Shown here in pieces: positions 10,612-21,903 of a stretch of 64,000 bases of DNA (position 1 is the first letter of the stretch; each line of letters begins with the position of its first letter). The notes under the pieces are model-generated. The model was given only the letters and a program-made list of their open reading frames with translations, was not told where the DNA came from and searched no databases. The DNA is taken from assembly GCA_963779615.1 (NCBI GenBank), contig CAVZZA010000004.1:160001-224000 (forward strand). The letters run 5' to 3'. A program made the translations under genes and the position numbers. This DNA is from an uncultured Nitrososphaeraceae archaeon. GTDB lineage: Archaea; Thermoproteota; Nitrososphaeria; Nitrososphaerales; Nitrososphaeraceae.

Positions 10612-12398
10612 ATGGTCCATTCCACTAAAATGGTAATGAGTAGGCTCTCTAGAAAGGTAAATGAATTGGGAATAATTTCGGTAATTTTGATTGTGGTTAT
10701 CTCATACGCTTTATTTTCCCATCTTCTACACGACAGAAAACAATATCAAACAGACTATTTGATCAGCAAAAGCAATCCAGTTCAAGTCTACAAAAGCCCT
10801 ATCGGAACACATTAGTTTAGACCTTGGCGCGGTTATGAAAGACTCAAGGCTTGGCTAATTCTGCATATATACAGAATGGACAAGTATCAGATAATAAAAC
10901 CAAAAGATTAATGGAAGAAAGCTATCCCCATATCAACTCAACAGCAGATAGGCTTTTCATTCTAGACAAAAATAACGTTTTAAAAATAAATATGGTCCCA
11001 GATGGACAGAAAAGTTTCATTGGAATGACATATCATTCGTAGATTGGTTGAGGGAAACCAACACAAAACACAAGCCAGTATACTCAAATGGCCATGTTTG
11101 GCTTGATGGCAATTACAGGATAGGAGTGGCCTACCCTATATAAAACAGAGAAACAGGAGAGCACAATGGACTATAGGTGCAGTAATACCTACAGAGAGCT
11201 TCTTTGCCCATTATGGGAATGTTCATGATATCAACTCACAGTTTTTAGTTGTCTTTGATAAGAATGCAACACTGTTGGCTGTAGGTGCAAGCAAGACTTT
11301 GGTAGGAAAGAACTTTTTTGGCGGTGATACGCAGGGGTTTGTCCACCACAATCAAGTTCTAAACGATTTAACACATAGCCTCCTGGATGGCAATTTGGGG
11401 TCTGGGGTTTATGACTACGGCGGAGGTGAACGGTTAAATACGTGTTATCCAATTTTTTTAAATGGTAAACCCACCTTTTTGTCTAGGTAGTGACACCTAC
11501 GGCATCAATCTATTCTCAAGTCAATGAGGTTCTGTCAACACAAAGACGAGACATTTTCACTTCTTGCTGGCACCACTGCTGCGATTGTAGTATTAATAAT
11601 ATTTTTAATGAAATGGACCGGCACATTAGATGATGAAGTAAAAGAAGGACAAGGGAACTGAATGAATCAAACAAGAAACTTGGATTAGCAAATGAGCAGT
11701 TGAAGATCCATGATAAATGCAAGAGGAGTTTATCAACATAGCAAGCCATGAAATAAAGACACCGACCCAAGCCATATTGGGGTTCTCTAATCTATTGCAA
11801 AATCATCCTGAAATAAAAGATGAAATGGTTCAAGGTATATCTGGAAACGTTGATAGGCTTCAAAGACTTACCATTGATATACTGGATGTCACAAAAATAG
11901 AGAGCCAGACATTAAGGGTGAGAAAAGAGCGGTTCAAACTAAATGACTTGGTTTCAAATGTTGTACAAGATTATAGGCGCCAGCTTGAAAAAAAATGCTG
12001 GAGTAAAATTATTGTATAATGACAATGAACATAGCAAAGATAATGATGACCTTGATATCTTTGTTCATGCCGATAGGGAAAGAATATCTCAGGTTATTTC
12101 TAATTTGTTAAGTAATGCTATAAAATTTACAAAACAGGGATTCATATCCATTAATGTAATGTTGAAAAAAGAAAAAGGCAATAACCAGGAGGTTATCGTT
12201 AGCATAAGGGACACTGGGACCGGTATAGACCCCGAAATATTGCCAAGGCTATTCTCAAAATTTGCTACAAAATCAGACATGGGTGGTACCGGATTGGGAT
12301 TGTTTATCTCCAAAAGCATTATGGAGGCTCATGGCGGGGAGGTTTGGGCTGAGAGCAATAAAGATGGGGAGAAGGGAGTATGGTCAAACCATACATGA
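10612..12398 (+). pseudogene. Decayed membrane sensor histidine kinase (extracellular sensor domain, HisKA, HATPase_c)
   Basis: Consecutive fragments in different frames: TM segment, sensor region, H-box EFINIASHEIKTP, N-box NLLSNAIKFT, DTGTGI, GTGLGL; several frameshifts and stops; C-terminus cut off at a transposase remnant. Confidence 0.85.
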
Positions 12399-12900
12399 TA
12401 GCGACAGACAGCATACTTGTCAAAGCCAACAAAGGTCATGTATAGCACAAATCATCAATGGAAAAAGGACTAGTTTCACACTCAGGTATTGACACAGATG
12501 CTAAGGGGTTTCAGCCATGCCAAGGGATGGACATTTGGGTGCGTTGCAGGAAATCAAGTAATGGCTCCATTGCTATTCCTTCATCGGCCGGTGCCACAAC
12601 CGCAAATGTACAGGACAATCAAGCGTATGAAGGATTAACATCAAGCATACCTTTAGAAACAATAATGAAAGCGAGTTTTATGGCTGTAGGCCCTCCAGCA
12701 TACGATGATCAGGACCTTTAGGAGTTGAGCATGGGTTTGGGGTTCCATCTTGGTGTCCAGTCCGTCAATACAGAAGTACTCCAACAGAAAGGATTGAAAT
12801 AGAAGATTTCTATGAATCCGCTCTGGGACAGGTTGTTTACTACAACTATGAGATGCAAAAGGACAATCCACGGGCAATCACGTATGTGATAGGCTGTTAA
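12395..12900 (+). mobile_element. DDE transposase remnant (DDE_Tnp_1-like; IS family uncertain)
   Basis: Broken reading MIATDSILVKA...GIDTDA-GFSHAKGWTFG...TTANVQDN...YDDQDL...DNPRAITYVIGC*; internal stops, frameshifts and an apparent internal deletion. Confidence 0.7.
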
Positions 12901-13282
12901 TGAGACTCCAAATTATGATGGTAAGATTTGTTGTTAAAATGAATTATGACCCAGCTTCAAATAAATAACAACAGGCACAGAAAAGAAGGACTGACTTTTT
13001 CAATTATAAATCTGTTAACTGTGCCAATCCTCACTTACATTATCCTTGAAATCTCTAGTCTGCTATGCACTTGGCTATCCAACTGTGCAACTTATAGTTG
13101 CCAAGTACCCAAAATGAAAGGAATTGTGTTTGTGTGAACCATCCTAAAAAACTCTCACTGACTTTTACAAACCGTTTCTTTACTTTGTTGTATATTCAAA
13201 CATCTTTCCTTAATACAACCATTTTTAAGCCAATATCGCTAATAAACAAACATCTATAATACTTTATTTAAAATAAATTGTA

Positions 13283-14269
13283 TTGAAGATAAGCTTATCG
13301 TCTTACAATCATCTAACATGTATTAAACACAAAGATAAAAAACATTATCTTGCTTTGGAGAGTTATATTACTGATCCTTTAAATAATAATGATTGCAAAG
13401 AGGGAATGTTAACCTGTAATGATTGTTATCAAACGTACCCAATTATCGATGGTATTGCTATAATTGTTAATAATTTTGTTGAATACTGTTCTGAAAGGAT
13501 GATAACATTTGGGAAATGGCTTTTGGAGGTAGAAAGCGATAAATTAAAAAATTTTCTCAAAGATGTTGTTGCTTGTATAGATAGGAGAAACATTAAAGAC
13601 AATAAATACGAAAATGACGGCCTATATTATCAGAGCTACAAATGGCTTCACAACGAAAATTTTGAAAGCGATAAATTTCTTCACCTACTAAGATGGAAAA
13701 TAAAACCGTCGGATGTATACAGAAAGTTAGCTTCAAGCGTAATTTATAATCCGGAGGGTATGGGATTAGATTTAGGATGCGCTCTGGGCTTGTCAACATT
13801 TGAAATTGCCAAAAAATTTTCATTCGTTATTGGTGTAGATACGTCATTTTCCTTTATCAAAGAAGCCAGAAAAAAATCCAAGGAACAGGGGATAACCAAT
13901 ACAGAATTCATAGTCTCAGATATCATGAGCCTTCCTTTCAAAAATCAAAAATTTGATCTCATATTTGGACTAAACATTGTTGAATTTGTTCCAATAAACA
14001 AATTATTGGAGGTGGCGCATGACCTTTTAAAACCCCACTGTACCTTTATAATTACCTCTCCATATGATTACAATCGAGAAAATGTCTATGAGCAGAAGAT
14101 GGATGACATTTTGATGAGAAAAACAATCGAAAAGAATGGCTTTGAAATTTCACACAGAACCAAAAATGAATCGTTTATCCCATGGATGCTAAAAATAAAC
14201 GAAAGAACATATCTTTTCTATTTCCTTGACTTCATTGAAGCGAAAAAAATATCCAAGCACAAATATTAA
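13283..14269 (+). CDS. Class I SAM methyltransferase with N-terminal Trm112-like Zn-binding domain
   Basis: N-terminal EGMLTCNDCYQTYPIIDGI; motif I LDLGCALG, GVDTS, DIMSLPF. Confidence 0.82.
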   Translation: MKISLSSYNHLTCIKHKDKKHYLALESYITDPLNNNDCKEGMLTCNDCYQTYPIIDGIAIIVNNFVEYCSERMITFGKWLLEVESDKLKNFLKDVVACIDRRNIKDNKYENDGLYYQSYKWLHNENFESDKFLHLLRWKIKPSDVYRKLASSVIYNPEGMGLDLGCALGLSTFEIAKKFSFVIGVDTSFSFIKEARKKSKEQGITNTEFIVSDIMSLPFKNQKFDLIFGLNIVEFVPINKLLEVAHDLLKPHCTFIITSPYDYNRENVYEQKMDDILMRKTIEKNGFEISHRTKNESFIPWMLKINERTYLFYFLDFIEAKKISKHKY

Positions 14270-14371
14270 CCAGATATAATAATACATTAAATATTTATAG
14301 AATCTTGTTTTAAAAATATTGTGGGAATTTATGGTACGTAATTTTGATCTAAAATCTACTAATAGGGGCTA

Positions 14372-15409
14372 GTGGAGAAAGGTAGTAGTATAATGAAAGT
14401 TGTGTTTACATCGTCTAATTCCTCTAATTCTTTTTTAGATTATGACGATTCTGAAATTGAAAACAGTGATATTTCCTCAAACTATTCATTACAAATCTTT
14501 GGAAAACCTATAGTGACACGAAATATAGAAATCCTTGATTCACTATACGATATTGAAAAAATAGTAATACCAAAAAAACTAGGATTTTTGACATCAATAA
14601 TGAGTTCCTCCTATGATGGGGAGGTTGAGGAGATTGATAACAACGAGTATGAAAAGTCAGTAGAGAATGGTTTTGGTGATAAGGCGGAAAAAGGTGACCC
14701 TTTTAACTCTTGTGATGGGGCAAAAAACAACTCTATTGAAAAATTCAACAATACGCAAAGTGTATTGGTTTCCAATAAAACTAAACTGCTTTTACCAGAT
14801 AATGTCATATTGGGAAAAGACTCAACAAAAAAGAACTTAAAGTTTCATCTGTTCCGGTATCCGTGGGAGTTTTTGGAAATAGTTAATGAAATCTTACAAA
14901 ATGAAATAAAGACAACATGCATCTCAAACACATCCAACATTGCCAAATCGTCAATAATTGAGGGACCTTGTGTTATAGAGGATAATGTTACAATAGATGA
15001 TTTTGTAAAGGTAAAAGGTCCGGCGTATATTGGAAAAGGGTGTTTCATAGGAATGGGATCCTTGGTAAGAAATTGCATGTTGGACTACAATACCAATGTA
15101 GGGTTTAATTGCGAAATTGGTAAATCATATTTTGCTGGCAATGATAAAATATCACACCATAATGTCATATTGGACAGTGTGATAGGAAAAAATGTATGGT
15201 TTGGTGGATACTCAGGAACTGCGAATGTGCTTTTAAACCGCAAGAATGTTTGTTTTAAGATTGAGGGCAAATTGCTTGATACTGGTAGGCTTCATTTTGG
15301 TGCAGTTGTCTCTAACAATAGTTCTATAGGCGCAGCAGTGATTATATTGCCCGGAAGGAAAATACCGCCAAATTCTGTTATTCAAGCCGGCACAGTATTT
15401 GCAAAATAA
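14372..15409 (+). CDS. GlmU-like protein: degenerate nucleotidyltransferase N-domain plus left-handed beta-helix acetyltransferase domain
   Basis: YPWEFL, hexapeptide repeats (IEGPCVIEDNVTI, KGPAYIGKGCFIG), TANVLL, DTGRLHFGAVV; no GxGTR motif. Confidence 0.75.
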   Translation: MEKGSSIMKVVFTSSNSSNSFLDYDDSEIENSDISSNYSLQIFGKPIVTRNIEILDSLYDIEKIVIPKKLGFLTSIMSSSYDGEVEEIDNNEYEKSVENGFGDKAEKGDPFNSCDGAKNNSIEKFNNTQSVLVSNKTKLLLPDNVILGKDSTKKNLKFHLFRYPWEFLEIVNEILQNEIKTTCISNTSNIAKSSIIEGPCVIEDNVTIDDFVKVKGPAYIGKGCFIGMGSLVRNCMLDYNTNVGFNCEIGKSYFAGNDKISHHNVILDSVIGKNVWFGGYSGTANVLLNRKNVCFKIEGKLLDTGRLHFGAVVSNNSSIGAAVIILPGRKIPPNSVIQAGTVFAK

Positions 15410-15499
15410 AAGATACTGTGTTTAATTATTTACATCAATTACAAATTCTGACAACTGTGACTATTGAAAGACAAAAACAAATAATTAATGAAGTTTGTT

Positions 15500-16726
15500 T
15501 TATCTAAGCAACCATGGAACCACAAAAGCCAAGGCAACAATCAATATAGTTCCATATGTAAGAATCTTTGATGCGCTGCGGATTATTCCTTTCTTGTTTT
15601 CTGTTTTTTTATCAATTATTGTATTGTATAGCTGACCCCCATCCAGAGGACCAATTGGCAAAGCGTTAAAAATAGCCACGTTGAAGTTAATGAACCATAG
15701 CCAAAAGAAAAGGTTAGCAGGTATTGCAAAATATGACCCAAATATTGGCGATGAATATTTATCATGCATAAGGGTAGAATACGGAATATTTCCCTGTGCT
15801 AGGGTTGGTGGTGCCAATAACGCGATAGGGTTTGAACCAAACAAGGAATTATACGTATCTAATACTTTTTTAGGATCAGCAACTCCAGCGATTGTCACAC
15901 CCAAAATTCCTTTGCCCTGCTCTCTTTGTTTTGGCAATGTAGCTTGTTTAGTAATCTTTTCTCCTTTTTCATTTAACCATGTAATTGAAACGGCTTTCCC
16001 AAGGTTGCCACCCAAGTTTTCATTTAAATCGACAGCACTTTTAATTTCTTTATTCTGTATCTGCTGAATGATTGAGCCTTTTGTTAACCCTACTGATTCT
16101 GCTATTGAGTTTTTATTGATGTCTGTTATTATTACTCCAAAAATGTTTGGATTTATAGGTTGAGTTACAGTTAAACTAGAGGTTATTAAAAATATGAAAA
16201 ATAGCGAAACAATGGCTAAAATTATGTTACTCATGGGTCCTGCAGTCATGATTGAGCTTTTTTGTTTGATGGATATTTTATCGAGTTCGTCTCGCTCAAT
16301 GTTAACAAAGGCACCAATGGGCAGGAAAAGCAATAACACTATACCTGTAGAATCCACCCTTACACCATGTACCCTTGCAACTATCCCATGACCTCCTTCA
16401 TGAATAATTATTGTTACAACCAGAGCTATCCACCCTTCGGCTATTGGCAGATAGGGATTCAAACCTGGAATTAACAAATTGGATTGAGGCCCGATTCCCC
16501 TTGCGCCTTCTCTAACCACCTCGCTTGAGAAAAGAGTGATAATGGAGCCTATGATTAAAAATAAAGCCATAGCTGTTATAATAGGCATCAAATAGGTAGT
16601 AAACCTGGCATAAAATTTTGCAGCTCTTGTTTGAGCTATCTTGTCAAAAAATTTTAAGCCAAAAGGAGTATGAATTAAAATTAAAGGTAGTTTTACATCA
16701 AACTTTATTTTTGATTGTTGTTGCAA
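15500..16726 (-). CDS. Site-2 protease (peptidase M50) with PDZ domain
   Basis: HEGGH, AGPMSN, FNALPIGPLDGG, multiple TM segments, central PDZ-like region. Confidence 0.93.
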   Translation of the reverse strand: MQQQSKIKFDVKLPLILIHTPFGLKFFDKIAQTRAAKFYARFTTYLMPIITAMALFLIIGSIITLFSSEVVREGARGIGPQSNLLIPGLNPYLPIAEGWIALVVTIIIHEGGHGIVARVHGVRVDSTGIVLLLFLPIGAFVNIERDELDKISIKQKSSIMTAGPMSNIILAIVSLFFIFLITSSLTVTQPINPNIFGVIITDINKNSIAESVGLTKGSIIQQIQNKEIKSAVDLNENLGGNLGKAVSITWLNEKGEKITKQATLPKQREQGKGILGVTIAGVADPKKVLDTYNSLFGSNPIALLAPPTLAQGNIPYSTLMHDKYSSPIFGSYFAIPANLFFWLWFINFNVAIFNALPIGPLDGGQLYNTIIDKKTENKKGIIRSASKILTYGTILIVALAFVVPWLLR

Positions 16727-16932
16727 TTAAATATTATAAACTCGGTTATTATTTAAATTGATCACAATGTGAGATTATTCCGATAAATTAGTATACAATA
16801 TCAAAGAAATCAGTAACTTGTAAATAATAACATTTGTTGATTATTTGAAGGTGAAAAAAATCGTTAATGTGATCATTCTTTTATAACTGATTTTCTTGTT
16901 TGATAAAGCGGGAATCAACTACTATACTAATG

Positions 16933-17325
16933 CTAACCTTTTGCTCTGACTATTTTTATTTTATCAAGCACTTTCCAATATTCCACTTCACCACCTTGGG
17001 TTATCTTGTCTCGGATCTCATCTTCTACTGCCGAGGTTTCAAAGACCTCAAAGGATTCAAGATCCATAATTTGCAGGGTCTGACCTGAAATGGAGATTAT
17101 TTGACCATTTTTCTTATTAATGAGAGGCACTTCGACATTCGCGGACACAGGGGAAACCATGCTGTGTCTTGAGCCATCAAAAACACCAATGGCTGCCACC
17201 CGAGCTTTGGCAGAACCATGCTTGCCTGGTTTACTGTGATCATAAGACACAATTCTACAAGGCTCACCGTCAATAATAATATAAGATCCAACCTTTAAAC
17301 TACCTAGATCCATTGGTTTACTCAA
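16933..17325 (-). CDS. eif5a: Translation factor aIF-5A
   Basis: SKPGKHGSAKA hypusination motif. Confidence 0.97.
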   Translation of the reverse strand: MSKPMDLGSLKVGSYIIIDGEPCRIVSYDHSKPGKHGSAKARVAAIGVFDGSRHSMVSPVSANVEVPLINKKNGQIISISGQTLQIMDLESFEVFETSAVEDEIRDKITQGGEVEYWKVLDKIKIVRAKG

Positions 17326-17663
17326 TAATACTCAAAAAAATTGAATAGTAAGCATATTTAACAGTTATGGTATTTCAGTCTTAAGCTACACATAGGAATT
17401 GATTTACCCAATGGGTTACCTAATTAAATTAGCTGTATGTGATAACCTTAATAAAATTTTTGTATTCCGGATTGATGAAAACAAAGAAAAAACAACAACG
17501 ATTCCTTTTTTTTAACAGTATTGTAAAAAGGATTATAACATATTTTTATACGTAAATGATAAAATTTTGGCCTGTTATTTACGGGTGCAAAAACAAACAA
17601 AAATCTGTTTCACTGTTAAAACATTTTTAGGATTGTCATTATCTTTGTTAAACTAGAATCATA

Positions 17664-19016
17664 TTGAAAAAAGCACTAACCATCGCTGGAAGCGATTCCT
17701 CCGGTGGAGCAGGAATTCAAGCAGATATTAAAACCTTCTCGGCACTGGGTGTTTATGGCACAACGGTTATTACTGTTTTAACAGCTCAAAATACAAAAAC
17801 TGTTTCGGATGTGTTTGTAACCCCCCCAAAATTTTTTAAAAATCAACTGTTAACAACCATGGAGGATATTGAACCCAACGTAATCAAGATAGGGGTGTTA
17901 TACGATAGATCCATCATTGAAATAGTTCATGAGACGCTGAAACCGTTGAGAATTCCCATAGTTTTAGATCCTGTTTTATACTCTGGAACCGGGGCTGAAC
18001 TTTTACACCAGACATCCTATGAAGATTTCAAAAAAATAATAATTCCGCTTTCACTTGTGATAACTCCAAATTTGGTTGAAGCGGAGATATTGTGCGGAAA
18101 TAAATTGTATTCTGAAAAGGAAATAGTTGAAGCAGCATATAAAATCATAGAATTGGGATCCCGCAATGTAGTAATTAAAGGCGGACATCTATCAAAAGAG
18201 GATACAAAAGTATTTGATATTTTAGTGGAAGGGGGAAGCGGCAAAATAACAAAAGTATTCAACAATCGGTTAAAAATCGGTGAAACTCACGGAACGGGCT
18301 GTAACTTTTCCTCCTCTCTGGCTTCCTTCATAGCTAAGGATTACACAATCAAAGAGTCCTTTTCCTTGGCTAATGAATACGTGAAGGAGGGATTGATGAG
18401 CATACTTCAAATTGGAAAGGGTGTTGGGGTAACAAATCCGTTATCCGGCCTTCATGAAAACTCTTCCAGATATAACATAGTTACTTCTTTACATAACAAT
18501 ATAAAAATATTGGAAGAATTAAAAGACTTTTTTCTTTTGATTCCCGAAACAAAAACAAACTTTGTCTATTCGCTTGAAAGCCCAAAAGTTTTAATGGATG
18601 TTGCGGGGGTTTCAGGTAGAATTACCAATATGGGGACCAGAATCAGGAGCCCAAATGTTGTGGAATTTGGTGCATCCAGTCATGTAGCAAATGCAGTTAT
18701 TACGGCAAATAAATTCAACCATTCATTTCGCTCAGCAATAAACATTAAAAACGAGAAGAAAATTTTAGAGGTCTGCAAAGCAAACTTTGTGTGTTCATCG
18801 TATTCAAGGGGCGAGGAGCAAATCGAAAATAAAAGCAAAGAGGGCCATACAATCAGCTGGGGAATTAAAAATGCGATGGAAATAAAACATGATGCCGAAT
18901 TGGTGTTTCATGATGGTGATTATGGGAAGGAGCCAATGATTATGGTTTTTGGTAAAGATCCTAGTGCAATAATTGACAAAATAAAAACAATAATTTTTAA
19001 ATTAAATAGTACCTAA
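17664..19016 (+). CDS. thiD: Bifunctional HMP/HMP-P kinase ThiD fused to ThiN domain
   Basis: IAGSDSSGGAGIQADIKT, THGTGC; C-terminal LIPE, FGASSHVA, GKEPMI (ThiN). Confidence 0.93.
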   Translation: MKKALTIAGSDSSGGAGIQADIKTFSALGVYGTTVITVLTAQNTKTVSDVFVTPPKFFKNQLLTTMEDIEPNVIKIGVLYDRSIIEIVHETLKPLRIPIVLDPVLYSGTGAELLHQTSYEDFKKIIIPLSLVITPNLVEAEILCGNKLYSEKEIVEAAYKIIELGSRNVVIKGGHLSKEDTKVFDILVEGGSGKITKVFNNRLKIGETHGTGCNFSSSLASFIAKDYTIKESFSLANEYVKEGLMSILQIGKGVGVTNPLSGLHENSSRYNIVTSLHNNIKILEELKDFFLLIPETKTNFVYSLESPKVLMDVAGVSGRITNMGTRIRSPNVVEFGASSHVANAVITANKFNHSFRSAINIKNEKKILEVCKANFVCSSYSRGEEQIENKSKEGHTISWGIKNAMEIKHDAELVFHDGDYGKEPMIMVFGKDPSAIIDKIKTIIFKLNST

Positions 19017-19052
19017 TGTTTTAAATAACAATAATTTTTCATAAAATATATT

Positions 19053-19766
19053 ATGAAGGCTGTGATTTTAGCAGGGGGTCTGGGAACAAGATTACAACCC
19101 TATACTTTTTTTATACCTAAACCAATGCTGCCATTGGGAAATAAACCATTGTTAGAGTATCTTGTAGAGTGGCTACATGATTCCGGAAAAATTGATCAAA
19201 TAGTATTATGTGTAAGCTACCTTCACAGAACAATAGAAGACTATTTTGAGGATGGATCACGATTTGGCATAGAAATAAAATATGCGAGATCAGAAAGGCC
19301 GTTGGCTACCGCCGGTCAATTGAAAACAGCATCCAAATACCTGAACGAAACATTTGTTTGTTTGTATGGGGACTCTATATATGAATTTCCACTCAACACA
19401 ATGATTGATAATCATCTAAGTTCAGATACTTTTATCTCAATGGCCCTTGCTAATTACAAAACCAAACTAAAGTATGGGTTTATAGATGTTTCCTCCGATA
19501 AAGAGAAACTTGTTACTGACTGGAGGGAAAAGCCAGAGGTTTCGGGTTTGATAAATATTGGGTGCTATATATTTGAACCAGATTTTCTAAATTTCATACC
19601 AAACTCAGCCTCCTTTGGGATGGATGATGCTGTAAGGGAGTCCATAAACCGCGATAAAAAGGTCAAAGCATTCATAGTGGAGAACGAAGGCTTTATAGAC
19701 ATTGGTGACAAAAAATCGTATTTGGATGCATACAAACAATATGTAAAGAAACTTGGAAAGATATAG
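19053..19766 (+). CDS. Sugar-phosphate nucleotidyltransferase
   Basis: AVILAGGLGTRLQP, PKPML, EKP, DIG. Confidence 0.9.
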   Translation: MKAVILAGGLGTRLQPYTFFIPKPMLPLGNKPLLEYLVEWLHDSGKIDQIVLCVSYLHRTIEDYFEDGSRFGIEIKYARSERPLATAGQLKTASKYLNETFVCLYGDSIYEFPLNTMIDNHLSSDTFISMALANYKTKLKYGFIDVSSDKEKLVTDWREKPEVSGLINIGCYIFEPDFLNFIPNSASFGMDDAVRESINRDKKVKAFIVENEGFIDIGDKKSYLDAYKQYVKKLGKI

Positions 19767-19780
19767 TTTCAGTGTTAAAA

Positions 19781-20479
19781 TCAGACAATAATATTCTTTA
19801 TTTGGTTTGATATTTTTTTGAATGTGGATTCACTGTACCTTAAATGTTTATAGTAAGGAATGATCCCCAATACTGGTATTTTTGTCAACTTTTCTACAAA
19901 CGATGGGGTTGCCCTCTCCACAGCAGTGGGCTTTTCTGGCATTTTGTTAAAGATCATCCCTTTAATAGGAATACCATAGTCTCTGCATGCTTTAATTGTT
20001 AACAATGTGTGGTTTATTGTTCCTATTTTTGGTGTTGAAATAATAATCAGCGATAATTTTGTTAATTTGACAAAGTCCACTAAATTATACATTTTATTTA
20101 AAGGAACCATTATGCCACCTATTCCCTCAACTACAATAAAGTCATATTTTTTCTTTAAGTATTTAAATTTTTGAATTGCTGTATCAATACTTGGTGGTTT
20201 TGTTTTCAGTATCCTACTTGCCATATAAGGAGATGCGGGCACCTGGTAAAAATATGGATTTAGATACCTTTGATCTTCTTCCAACCTTCTTATTGATTTT
20301 GACAATAGGAATAGATCCTTAGAATTGTATTTATCGGAAAAAATCTTATCGGAAGTTGCAAAGGGCTTCATTACACATATTTTTTCATAATAGTGGGATA
20401 ATTTCCACGCTAGAGACGCAGAAATCAATGTTTTTCCAACATCAGTATCAGTTCCTGTTACAAAAATCCCACCTGGCAA
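19781..20479 (-). CDS. bioD: Dethiobiotin synthase
   Basis: GTDTDVGKT P-loop, MKP, VEGIGG, GTINHTLLT. Confidence 0.95.
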   Translation of the reverse strand: MPGGIFVTGTDTDVGKTLISASLAWKLSHYYEKICVMKPFATSDKIFSDKYNSKDLFLLSKSIRRLEEDQRYLNPYFYQVPASPYMASRILKTKPPSIDTAIQKFKYLKKKYDFIVVEGIGGIMVPLNKMYNLVDFVKLTKLSLIIISTPKIGTINHTLLTIKACRDYGIPIKGMIFNKMPEKPTAVERATPSFVEKLTKIPVLGIIPYYKHLRYSESTFKKISNQIKNIIV

Positions 20480-20594
20480 TAATAAAGTTCAATACTATGC
20501 ATATATTAATTGGATTGGATTACTGGAAATTAATTAAAACTACTTGATATCTATAAACATCATTTAATTTCATAAAAGTGCTTTTTTTAAAAAA

Positions 20595-20669
20595 TGCCGG
20601 AGGCGGGATTTGAGCCCGCGACCTTTCGATTATGAGTCGAACGCTCTGACCAGGCTGAGCTACCCCGGC
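20595..20669 (-). tRNA. tRNA-Met(CAT), probably elongator, no intron
   Basis: Reverse complement GCCGGGGTAGCTCAGCCTGGTCAGAGCGTTCGACTCATAATCGAAAGGTCGCGGGCTCAAATCCCGCCTCCGGCA folds as a cloverleaf; anticodon CAT; G1:C72 pair argues against initiator. Confidence 0.93.
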
Positions 20670-21077
20670 AAGCCCAGCACTGATTTAATTAAGCAATTGA
20701 ACTAAAATACATATACAATATATAATCTATTCAAATTCAAATGTTATTTTCAACCTCTCAAAAACTCTGGTAAACATTGATCAAGCGTATTCTGTCTATG
20801 TGTGTTTTAGAGATGACTCTATCGGTGGCTAAATTTATAACATACTATATATCTCAATAATCCCACCCATCTTCACCATCAAAAGGAGAAAGAAAACATA
20901 AATTTTATAAATGGTCATTGATGATTTACACAGCCATATTTCAGATATATCCAAACAACTGACTGACCCATTGTATGAATGATAATACAAAAATAAATAA
21001 ATAAAAAACCTTTCAATTTCTTGAAATGAAATATCTATACAACAAGTTATAATGCATATTTATAGACACAAAAGAAA

Positions 21078-21893
21078 TCAGATGAAATTGTATTCGCATA
21101 ATATTCCAGACTTATCTCTGTATTTGAACCCAAACTCTGATAATTTTTGTAATTGATTTTCGTCAAATATTGTCCCATCGTAACATACCAACATGTCGTT
21201 TATGCAACAACTAGAGCATATCCCAATTCCGCATTTCATGTACCTTTCAAGACTGGCCTGAATGGGAATTTTTTTTTCAACTGCTATGTCAAATATTTTC
21301 TTCATCATCAGCTCTGGTCCGCAGGTATAAATCATATCAAAATTATCGCGCCCCTCTGACAGGGTGTCCAGCAATATGTCTACCGGATATCCTTTTTTCC
21401 CAAATGACCCATCTTCTGTCGAGATTAGTATTGTATGCGTCTTGTTGTTCTTCTTTAGCATTCTTTCAATAAGATCAGTGAAAAAAATTTCGGATTTGGT
21501 TTTGGAGCCAATTATTATTGTTATTTTTATATTGTTATTTTTTATTGTACTTAGTAGTCTGACAAGGGGAACCAAACCGGTGCCGCCACCTACCAAAATT
21601 ACTTTCTCATAGTCTTCTTTTAGGCTAAAAGAGTTGCCATAAGGCCCCCTGATTCCCAGCATACCGCCTTTTTTCAAGTCAAACAATGCTGTTGAACCAT
21701 AGCCGTGCTTTCTGACAGTAATTGCTGCATAGTTTTTTTTCTCAGATACCATGATGCTAAAAGGGAGCTCCTCTGTTCTTGGTACCCAAACCATCAAGAA
21801 CTGGCCCGGTTTGGCCAAATTGCTAAACGTGTCTTTAAAGAATAACGTTTTTACTGTTGGCGTCTCTTGTACTATATCCTCAATTGTTACCAT
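21078..21893 (-). CDS. pyrK: Dihydroorotate dehydrogenase electron-transfer subunit
   Basis: PGQF, RGPYG, GGGTG, CGPELM, ERYMKCGIGICSSC; adjacent to pyrD. Confidence 0.94.
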   Translation of the reverse strand: MVTIEDIVQETPTVKTLFFKDTFSNLAKPGQFLMVWVPRTEELPFSIMVSEKKNYAAITVRKHGYGSTALFDLKKGGMLGIRGPYGNSFSLKEDYEKVILVGGGTGLVPLVRLLSTIKNNNIKITIIIGSKTKSEIFFTDLIERMLKKNNKTHTILISTEDGSFGKKGYPVDILLDTLSEGRDNFDMIYTCGPELMMKKIFDIAVEKKIPIQASLERYMKCGIGICSSCCINDMLVCYDGTIFDENQLQKLSEFGFKYRDKSGILCEYNFI

Positions 21894-21903
21894 TCTAATA
21901 GAA

